Shown: in pieces, positions 57,090-64,000 of the stretch
How the letters are laid out: each line of letters starts with the position of its first letter
How positions within the stretch are numbered: position 1 is the stretch's first letter
From: a bacterium
GTDB lineage: Bacteria > Patescibacteriota > Minisyncoccia > Phycocordibacterales > CAIRYW01
Reading direction: 5' to 3'
Length of the DNA: 64,000 bases
Assembly (NCBI GenBank): GCA_043744615.1
Contig: JAYTUJ010000030.1
Coordinates: 1,329 to 65,328, forward strand
Translations under genes and position numbers: made by a program
Notes under the pieces: generated by a model
What the model was told of the DNA's origin: nothing
Seen by the model: only the letters and a program-made list of their open reading frames with translations
Databases searched by the model: none

Positions 57090-58283
57090 ATGGCAGAAGT
57101 TTTTGAACGAACAAAACCTCACGTTAACGTTGGTACAATTGGCCACGTTGACCACGGTAAGACAACTCTTACCGCAGCAATACTTAACGTATTGGCTCGA
57201 GCAGGAAACAATTCTAAGGTTAAAGCTGTTGATCAAATTGACAACGCTCCCGAAGAAAAAGCTCGAGGAATCACTATTAACCTTTCTCACAACGAGTACG
57301 AAACAGCAGCTCGACACTACGCTCACATCGATGCACCGGGTCACGCTGACTATATTAAGAACATGATCACAGGAGCCGCACAAATGGACGGCGCTATTCT
57401 TGTGGTTGCTGCTACTGATGGAGCGATGCCTCAAACTCGAGAACACGTTCTTCTTGCTAAACAAGTAGGTGTGCCAAAAATTATCGTTTTCCTAAACAAA
57501 TGCGATATGGTACCTGATAAAGATCTTATTGATCTTGTTGAAGAAGAAGTACGAGAACTTTTGACAAAACAAGGATTCGACGGAGCAAACGCTCCAGTTA
57601 TCCGAGGTTCAGGACTTAAAGCTCTTGAAGCAACAGATAATACCGATGAATGGTCAAAGAAAGTTCTAGAACTTGCTGACGCTCTTGATACATACATCCC
57701 AGTTCCAATTCGAGAAACTGACAAACCTTTCCTTATGCCTATTGAAGACATCTTCACTATCGAAGGACGAGGAACAGTAGTAACAGGACGAATCGAACGA
57801 GGTATGGTAAAAGTTGGAGAAGAAGTTGAAATCATCGGAATCAAACCAACATCTAAAACTACAGTTACTGGTATTGAAATGTTCAATAAGCAACTTAACG
57901 AAGGAATGGCTGGAGACAACGCTGGTATTCTTCTTCGAGGTGTTAAAAAAGAAGATCTTACACGAGGTCAAGTAATTGCAAAAACAGGTTCAGTTTTGCC
58001 TCATACAGAATTTGAATCAGAAGTTTACATTCTTAAAAAAGAAGAAGGTGGACGACACACTCCTTTCTTTACTGGATACAAACCTCAATTTTACATCCGA
58101 ACAACGGACGTAACTGGAGAAGTAACCCTTAACGAAGGAGTAGAGATGGTTATGCCGGGCGATACCGTAACCTTTAAAGTTAAACTCGTAGCTCCTGTAG
58201 CTCTTGAAGACAAGCAACGATTTGCTATTCGAGAAGGAGGAAAGACAGTAGGTGCTGGAGTTGTAACAAAAGTTACACTTTAG
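57090..58283 (+). CDS. tuf: Elongation factor Tu
   Basis: [19 protein letters not shown] ... DCPGHADY. Confidence 0.95.
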   Translation: MAEVFERTKPHVNVGTIGHVDHGKTTLTAAILNVLARAGNNSKVKAVDQIDNAPEEKARGITINLSHNEYETAARHYAHIDAPGHADYIKNMITGAAQMDGAILVVAATDGAMPQTREHVLLAKQVGVPKIIVFLNKCDMVPDKDLIDLVEEEVRELLTKQGFDGANAPVIRGSGLKALEATDNTDEWSKKVLELADALDTYIPVPIRETDKPFLMPIEDIFTIEGRGTVVTGRIERGMVKVGEEVEIIGIKPTSKTTVTGIEMFNKQLNEGMAGDNAGILLRGVKKEDLTRGQVIAKTGSVLPHTEFESEVYILKKEEGGRHTPFFTGYKPQFYIRTTDVTGEVTLNEGVEMVMPGDTVTFKVKLVAPVALEDKQRFAIREGGKTVGAGVVTKVTL

Positions 58284-58308
58284 TCTTATTTGGCCTAGCC
58301 GACATTCT

Positions 58309-58674
58309 ATGTCTACGAAAGAAACAACAAAAAAGAAGGCCGCTAAGTCTGGTGCTAAAGAAGAATCAGGTTCAAAACTTCGAATTCGAGTTCGAGCATA
58401 TGAGCATAAAATATTAGATGCTTCAGTGAAGCAGATAATGGATACTGCTGTTCGATACGATGCGAAGATTGTAGGACCGATTCCTCTTCCAACTGAAATT
58501 CGAAAATATACTGTTAACCGAGCGTCATTCGTTTTTAAGAATGCTCGAGAACAGTTTGAAATGCGAATTCACAAGCGATTATTGGATATCATTAATCCAA
58601 ATCAAAAAATCGTTGAAGCACTAACCAACTTAAGCTTGCCTTCAGGAGTAAATATTGACGTAAAGATGATATAG
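58309..58674 (+). CDS. rpsJ: 30S ribosomal protein S10 with a ~20-aa Lys/Ala-rich N-terminal extension
   Basis: LRIRVRAYEHKILD ... core of S10, preceded by MSTKETTKKKAAKSGAKEESGSK. Confidence 0.9.
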   Translation: MSTKETTKKKAAKSGAKEESGSKLRIRVRAYEHKILDASVKQIMDTAVRYDAKIVGPIPLPTEIRKYTVNRASFVFKNAREQFEMRIHKRLLDIINPNQKIVEALTNLSLPSGVNIDVKMI

Positions 58675-58677
58675 CCT

Positions 58678-59289
58678 ATGAAATTCTTACTCGGAACAAA
58701 ACAAAATATGACGCAGGTGTTCGATGAGGATGGAACTGTTTATCCGGCTACTATCATTAAAACTTCGCCAAACGTTATCTCTCAAATTAAAACTTTAGAG
58801 AGTGATGGATATACTGCAGTGCAAGTTGCATTCGGTACAAAGGCAGAGAAAAATATGAAGAAGCCGCAAAAAGGCCACCTCAAAGATTTAGGAAATTTCG
58901 CAACGTTGCGAGAATTCAGACTAACTGACGTTTCACCATATAAAGTAGGTGATAAAATAGAATCAAGTATTTTTACAGAAAACGAAGAGATTGAAGTTTC
59001 TTCAATTTCAAAAGGAAAAGGGTTTCAAAGTGCTATCAAACGACATGGTTTTCATGGAGGTCCACGAAGTCATGGTCAAAAGCACTCTGAACGAGAACCA
59101 GGTTCTATCGGTGCCGGAGGATACCAACGTGTATTCAAAGGAACTCGAATGGCAGGACGAATGGGAAGTGACAGAGTAACTGTTACTAACCTCAAAGTTC
59201 TTAAAATCAGTCCAGAAACTAATGAAATTTTCATTAGTGGAGCAATTGCAGGTCGAAGAGGAACACTTGTAGAAATTAAATCTGCATAA
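58678..59289 (+). CDS. rplC: 50S ribosomal protein L3
   Basis: L3 signature GTKQNMTQVFDEDG ... GKGFQSAIKRHGF. Confidence 0.9.
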   Translation: MKFLLGTKQNMTQVFDEDGTVYPATIIKTSPNVISQIKTLESDGYTAVQVAFGTKAEKNMKKPQKGHLKDLGNFATLREFRLTDVSPYKVGDKIESSIFTENEEIEVSSISKGKGFQSAIKRHGFHGGPRSHGQKHSEREPGSIGAGGYQRVFKGTRMAGRMGSDRVTVTNLKVLKISPETNEIFISGAIAGRRGTLVEIKSA

Positions 59290-59290
59290 T

Positions 59291-59956
59291 ATGGAAACAA
59301 AAATATACAACCAGTCTGGAAAAGAAGCAGGAAAGGTAATTTTACCTGAAAGCATTTTTGGATTACCATGGAACGCCGATCTTGTTCATCAAGTAGTTAC
59401 TTCGATGATGACAAACGCTCGAATCCATTATGCTCACACAAAAACACGAGGTGAGGTAAGAGGAGGAGGAAAGAAACCTTGGAAACAAAAAGGAACAGGA
59501 CGAGCACGACACGGATCAACACGATCTCCGATCTGGGTTGGTGGAGGTGTTGCGCACGGACCACGAAATGATAAAAACTTTGACCGAAAGGTTAACAAGA
59601 AGATGAAAGCAAAGGCTTTGTACACAATTCTTTCTCAAAAAAATCGTGACGGAGAACTTGTATTCATCGATGATGTAAAAGTAGAAGGAAAAGCAAAAAA
59701 TGCATTAGTAGTTCTTAAGAGTCTTTCAGCTGTAAAAGGTTTTGAAAAACTAACAAAGAAACGAACAAATGCCGCTATTATTGCTACTGCATCAAAAGAT
59801 TTGTTAATTGAACGAGGTTTTGCAAACTTTGGAAGCATGTCTGTTTCAGAAGTTCGAAACTTAAACCCAATTGAAGTTTTGAATCACAAATACTTAGTAA
59901 TTGTGAATCCACAAGTTTCGATCAGTATTTTAGAAGCTCGAAGCGCTAAGAAATAA
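59291..59956 (+). CDS. rplD: 50S ribosomal protein L4
   Basis: KKPWKQKGTGRARHGS signature. Confidence 0.9.
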   Translation: METKIYNQSGKEAGKVILPESIFGLPWNADLVHQVVTSMMTNARIHYAHTKTRGEVRGGGKKPWKQKGTGRARHGSTRSPIWVGGGVAHGPRNDKNFDRKVNKKMKAKALYTILSQKNRDGELVFIDDVKVEGKAKNALVVLKSLSAVKGFEKLTKKRTNAAIIATASKDLLIERGFANFGSMSVSEVRNLNPIEVLNHKYLVIVNPQVSISILEARSAKK

Positions 59957-59961
59957 TTCTC

Positions 59962-60246
59962 ATGAAAACAACTCATTCAGATCATATGGTAAAACCATAC
60001 GTAACCGAAAAAGCTGCTCTTCTTGCGGAAAAAGATAATGCATACACATTTCAAATTTCAAAGACTGCTACAAAAACGGGAATTCTAAAAGCGATCAATA
60101 CTCTGTATAACGTAAAGCCAACAAAAGTTAATATCATTAATCTTCCACGAAAAAAAGTTTTTGTACGAGGAAAAAATGGTGTAACAAAAGCAATAAGGAA
60201 GGCAGTCGTATTCCTTAAAAAAGGTGATAAGATTGATCTTGCATAA
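59962..60246 (+). CDS. rplW: 50S ribosomal protein L23
   Basis: YVTEKA...FQISKTATK...KVNIINLPRKK. Confidence 0.85.
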   Translation: MKTTHSDHMVKPYVTEKAALLAEKDNAYTFQISKTATKTGILKAINTLYNVKPTKVNIINLPRKKVFVRGKNGVTKAIRKAVVFLKKGDKIDLA

Positions 60247-60249
60247 TAT

Positions 60250-61089
60250 ATGAAACGATATAAACCAACATCGAAATCTCGTCGAGAAATGACACACGTT
60301 ACATACCGTGGCGTGCTGACAAATTCAACACCAGAAAAATCACTTGTTAAAGGATACAAGCGTTCAGTTGGACGAAACTCATTTGGCCGAATTACAACTC
60401 GACACAAAGGAGGCGGACACAAACGACTATTCCGAGACGTTGATTTTAAATTCGACAAAAAAGACATTGCAGGAAAAATTGTATCAGTTGAATACGATCC
60501 AAACCGATCAGGATTTATTGGTCTTACTGTGTATCCAGACGGTGAAAAGCGATATGTGCTTTTGCCTACATCAATTAAAGTTGGAGACACAATTGTGACT
60601 TCAGAAAAAGCTGACATCAAAGCTGGAAACCGATTGTTACTTCGAAACATTCCTGTGGGAACTTTCATCTATAACGTTGAAATAAAACCATTAGGAGGTG
60701 CTCGAATTGCTCGATCAGCAGGTGACTACGCAGAACTTATTGCGCTTGACGGTGAATATGTTCAAGTTAAGCTTCCTTCAACAGAAGTTCGAAAACTTCC
60801 AGCTCATGCATGGGCAAGTGTTGGACAAGTTTCAAACGAAGAAAAGCATCTTGAAAACTTTGGAAAGGCAGGACGAAGTCGATGGAAAGGTATTCGACCA
60901 ACAGTTCGAGGTACTGCTCAGAATGCGGTGGATCACCCATACGGAGGAGGAGAAGGACGACAAGGCCGAGGAACCAAACGAGCTAAAACTCGATGGGGAA
61001 AGCCAGTTGGAAAGGGTCAAAAATCACGACGTTCAAAGAAATACTCAAACAAGTTTGTTGTTACACGCCGAAAGGTTGGAAAGAAATAA
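60250..61089 (+). CDS. rplB: 50S ribosomal protein L2
   Basis: RHKGGGHKR ... HPYGGGEGR signature. Confidence 0.95.
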   Translation: MKRYKPTSKSRREMTHVTYRGVLTNSTPEKSLVKGYKRSVGRNSFGRITTRHKGGGHKRLFRDVDFKFDKKDIAGKIVSVEYDPNRSGFIGLTVYPDGEKRYVLLPTSIKVGDTIVTSEKADIKAGNRLLLRNIPVGTFIYNVEIKPLGGARIARSAGDYAELIALDGEYVQVKLPSTEVRKLPAHAWASVGQVSNEEKHLENFGKAGRSRWKGIRPTVRGTAQNAVDHPYGGGEGRQGRGTKRAKTRWGKPVGKGQKSRRSKKYSNKFVVTRRKVGKK

Positions 61090-61114
61090 ACTTCAAAAGT
61101 ATATCTCAAATAAA

Positions 61115-61146
61115 AACACTCTCATCTCGAGAGTGTTTTTATTTTG
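61115..61146. terminator. Bidirectional terminator between rplB and the convergent recA
   Basis: CACTCTC-ATCTC-GAGAGTG hairpin with an A-run before and a T-run after. Confidence 0.55.
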
Positions 61147-61174
61147 CGTAATTTTTATTTCTTCGATTCTAAAA

Positions 61175-62302
61175 TTAGATTTCTTTTAGTTTCTTTCGGA
61201 TATCACTCATGATTTTATCGCCAGTCTTTTTATTGTCTCGAAGATATTGTCGTGTTGCGTCGTAGCCTCGTCCAAGTTTTTCTTCTCCGTATGAATATGA
61301 GATTCCTGTTTTTGTAACGATTCCCATTTTTTCTCCGAGGGCAATCATTTCACCTTCTCGAGAAATTCCTTCGTTGTACATTAAATCAAATTCTGTTTGT
61401 TTAAATGGAGCAGCAACTTTATTTTTTACTACTTTTACTCGAACACGTCCTCCCATAATTTCTTCACCTTTTTTAATTTGAGCAATTCGTCGAATATCGA
61501 GTCGAACCGAAGTGTAAAACTTTAACGCTTTTCCTCCTGGGGTTGTTTCTGGGTTTCCAAACATAACACCAATTTGCATTCGGATTTGGTTAATGAAGAT
61601 TACAATTGTTTTACTTTTTGCAACGATAGCAGTAAGTTTTCGTAATGCTTGTGACATCAATCGAGCTTGTTTTCCAACGTGAAATGCTCCCATGTCTCCT
61701 TCGATTTCATCTTTTGGTGTAAGTGCAGCAACAGAGTCGATAACAATAACATCAAGTTTTCCTGATCGAACTAAACTTTCTGTAATTTCTAGACCTTGTT
61801 CTCCTGTGTCAGGTTGTGAAATTAAAAGTTCTTCAATTTTTACTCCAAGTCGTTTTGCATATTCTGGATCAAGTGCATGTTCAGCATCAACGAATGCACA
61901 AATTCCACCTTTTTTTTGTGCCTCAGCAATAACATGAAGTGATAGGGTAGTCTTACCAGAAGATTCTGGTCCAAAGATTTCGATGATTCTTCCTCGAGGT
62001 AATCCTCCAACTCCAAGTGCTGCATCTAAACCAATTGAGCCAGTAGAAATAGCATCAACATCAGTATGAGGTTTATCACCAAGCATCATAATTGCTTCAT
62101 CACCAAATTTCGTTTTTATTTCTCGAAGTGTTGCCTCGATTGAAATCCCACTGTCGTCTCTGCCTTTCTTTGATTTTTTTATACCAGATTCTTCTTCAGC
62201 GACTTCGGCCATTTCTTTGTCGGTTAATCCCGCGTCAGCTTCTGATCGAATCTCTTTTCCAGCGTCCTTTGCACCTTTACTTTTTTTATTTTTGATAGCC
62301 AT
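61175..62302 (-). CDS. recA: Recombinase RecA with a ~45-aa Lys/Glu/Ala-rich N-terminal extension
   Basis: GPESSGKTT Walker A, the L1/L2 loop regions, and the IFINQIR motif. Confidence 0.95.
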   Translation of the reverse strand: MAIKNKKSKGAKDAGKEIRSEADAGLTDKEMAEVAEEESGIKKSKKGRDDSGISIEATLREIKTKFGDEAIMMLGDKPHTDVDAISTGSIGLDAALGVGGLPRGRIIEIFGPESSGKTTLSLHVIAEAQKKGGICAFVDAEHALDPEYAKRLGVKIEELLISQPDTGEQGLEITESLVRSGKLDVIVIDSVAALTPKDEIEGDMGAFHVGKQARLMSQALRKLTAIVAKSKTIVIFINQIRMQIGVMFGNPETTPGGKALKFYTSVRLDIRRIAQIKKGEEIMGGRVRVKVVKNKVAAPFKQTEFDLMYNEGISREGEMIALGEKMGIVTKTGISYSYGEEKLGRGYDATRQYLRDNKKTGDKIMSDIRKKLKEI

Positions 62303-62314
62303 AATAATTATTAA

Positions 62315-62713
62315 TTAATGCGAACTACTGCTTGATGCTTCTACACTAACACTTGAAGATAAATTCTTTTCTAAAAAAACATCAATTTTTTTCTCTGTCT
62401 TTTTTCCAAACCTATCTTCTGCTCGTAAGGTAATTATAGTATACCCATATGGCACGAGCAATTTTTCTGAAAAGTTTCCAAACTCATCAACAATCAATAT
62501 TCTATCGTTTATCGTTCGAGAAATACTATTTTTAATATTTCCTGATATGAGGACTTCTGAATTAGCTGTCCGTAGACTACTTTCAGGGCTTTTGAGGTTG
62601 ATTATCGGTCCTTCACGGAGTCTTCTGGTCTGAAAAAAGCTATAAAAAACAATGATTCCAAGAAATATAAGGAAAATTACGATTCGTCTATAATCTCGGT
62701 ATCCAATGCTCAT
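62315..62713 (-). CDS. Hypothetical N-terminally anchored protein
   Basis: 132-aa ORF with one TM helix. Confidence 0.45.
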   Translation of the reverse strand: MSIGYRDYRRIVIFLIFLGIIVFYSFFQTRRLREGPIINLKSPESSLRTANSEVLISGNIKNSISRTINDRILIVDEFGNFSEKLLVPYGYTIITLRAEDRFGKKTEKKIDVFLEKNLSSSVSVEASSSSSH

Positions 62714-62726
62714 TATTTTTTATAAT

Positions 62727-63914
62727 TTATTCAAATTTCACTGCATCCTCACCAGATTCTGTTTTAGAAACAGGGTCAAGAACTTCTCGAGGTCGTGCGC
62801 CATCAGCTGCACCAATAACTCCTCGTTCTTCAAGCATATCCATAAGGCGCGCTGCGCGCGCATAACCTACCCGAAGCTTTCTTTGAATATATGAAGTTGA
62901 AGCTTTTCCCGCACTAATCACAGTTTCTTTTGCATCTTCATATAAATCATCATCGTCATCACTTCCTTCGGTATCGTCAGAGAATGAATTGAATACAACA
63001 TCTTGAGCAGGTTCATCTTTTTGGCTTGCAAATGAAATCTCTGATTGAGGAAGATCATCTTTGTATGCATCAATAATATGTTTTACTACATTTTTTAATT
63101 CGTTTTCAGTAACGTAGGCAGACTGTACTCGTTCTGGTGTAGACATTTCACCTGACATATATAACATGTCTCCGGCACCAAGAAGTTTTTCAGCCCCACC
63201 CATATCAAGAATTGTTCGAGAGTCTATTTGTGAAGCTACTTGAAGAGCAATACGTCCTGGAACGTTTGCTTTAATAAGACCAGTAATAACGTTAACACTT
63301 GGTCGTTGTGTTGAAAGCATTAAGTGAATACCAACTGCTCGAGACATTTGTGCTAAACGAACAATACCTGCTTCAAGTTCTCGAGGATACGTTTGCATGA
63401 TATCTGCCAATTCATCAATAATGAAAATGATGTAAGGCATTTGTTCTGGAACCTCTGCTCCTTCAGCTGCTTTTCCAACCTTTTCTAATTTTTTAAGTGC
63501 TGGTTCAAGAATAGTTTTATGATATGAACCAATATCTCGTACTTTGTGTTCTTCTAATATGTTGTATCGGCGATCCATTTCTTTTGCTGCCCACTTAAGT
63601 GCCAAGATTGCCTTTTTTGCATCGGTGATAACAGGAGTTAATAAGTGGGGGATACCATTATATAGAGTAAGTTCTACTCGTTTCGGATCAACCATGATGA
63701 ATCGAAGGTTTTCAGGCGGGTTTCGATACAGCATTGAAGCGATGAGTGCGTGGATCGTTACTGACTTTCCAGAACCTGTTGCTCCAGCAATAAGAAGGTG
63801 AGGCATCTTTGCAAGGTTTGAAAAATGAGCTTTTCCTGAAACTCCTTTTCCAAGTGCCATAAGCAAATGTTTATCTGATTCTTGAAATTCTGATTGTGAA
63901 AGTAAGTTACCCAA
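62727..63914 (-). CDS. ftsK: DNA translocase FtsK/SpoIIIE (motor plus gamma domain). The N-terminal membrane part probably lies beyond the window edge.
   Basis: Walker A GATGSGKS, FtsK alpha/beta motifs, and C-terminal gamma winged helix TSYIQRKLRVGYARAARLMDMLEE. Confidence 0.8.
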   Translation of the reverse strand: MGNLLSQSEFQESDKHLLMALGKGVSGKAHFSNLAKMPHLLIAGATGSGKSVTIHALIASMLYRNPPENLRFIMVDPKRVELTLYNGIPHLLTPVITDAKKAILALKWAAKEMDRRYNILEEHKVRDIGSYHKTILEPALKKLEKVGKAAEGAEVPEQMPYIIFIIDELADIMQTYPRELEAGIVRLAQMSRAVGIHLMLSTQRPSVNVITGLIKANVPGRIALQVASQIDSRTILDMGGAEKLLGAGDMLYMSGEMSTPERVQSAYVTENELKNVVKHIIDAYKDDLPQSEISFASQKDEPAQDVVFNSFSDDTEGSDDDDDLYEDAKETVISAGKASTSYIQRKLRVGYARAARLMDMLEERGVIGAADGARPREVLDPVSKTESGEDAVKFE

Positions 63915-64000
63915 ACCAACAGTTGTTTTTATTGTGTTTGGAATTTCAATACCAACCAGTGATTTTCCAGGGATAGGTGCTTCAATACGAAGTGGGTGAG

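Noticed and set aside
1-64000. CRISPR arrays, transposases, integrases other than Xer, restriction-modification or toxin-antitoxin genes
   Set aside because: None was seen. No spaced direct repeats, no transposase/DDE motifs, and the single tyrosine recombinase has the chromosomal XerC/D signature and context.

Overview
The window is a compact, low-GC bacterial chromosomal segment with short intergenic spacers and no sign of an alternative genetic code. By inference it resembles a reduced-genome (CPR/Patescibacteria-like) organism.

**Positions 1-9882, minus strand.** An eight-gene, tightly packed operon encodes a Gram-positive/MPF-FATA-style type IV secretion core. Its gene order runs VirB6-like polytopic giant, PrgI/VirB3-like, VirB4/PrgJ-like ATPase, then a partial multi-TM protein that runs off the window edge. 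Upstream sit two unusual exported proteins, one Q/N-rich and one with thrombospondin-type-3-like Asp repeats. Two further secreted proteins are transcribed divergently (peptidoglycan-binding plus IPT/TIG; Gly-rich plus Cys). No coupling protein (VirD4) or relaxase is visible.

**Positions 11772-36673.** Housekeeping genes: rsmA, uvrD/pcrA, LysM-M23 peptidase, comM, a DksA/TraR zinc finger, a NYN nuclease, rpsO, a Xer recombinase, xth, cca, four tRNAs, a Gmad2-domain exported protein, YraN, a MYG1-family hydrolase, an RNHCP zinc ribbon, a secreted S1 protease, hup, rny, clpP, rsmE, trigger factor, FMN reductase, ppa and nusA.

**Positions 36979-47420.** A type IV pilus ATPase and platform (pilB-pilC) are fused transcriptionally to tpiA-pgk-recJ-rnhA-comEC. 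These are followed by sod, L28 and an M50 protease.

**Positions 48417-61089.** This is the ribosomal str/S10 region, but rearranged. S12-S7-EF-G runs directly into S19-L22-S3-L16-L29-S17-L14-L24-L5. After a terminator and an inserted MazG-like and TatD pair comes EF-Tu-S10-L3-L4-L23-L2. Several of these proteins (S19, L22, S10) and RecA carry Lys/Ala-rich terminal extensions.

**Positions 61175 to the end.** recA, a small membrane protein and the C-terminal motor part of ftsK, all on the minus strand.

The best candidate for an under-described system is the VirD4-less T4SS-like operon with its unusual exported partners. All calls rest on motif-level reading of the supplied translations and sequence; no database searches were run.
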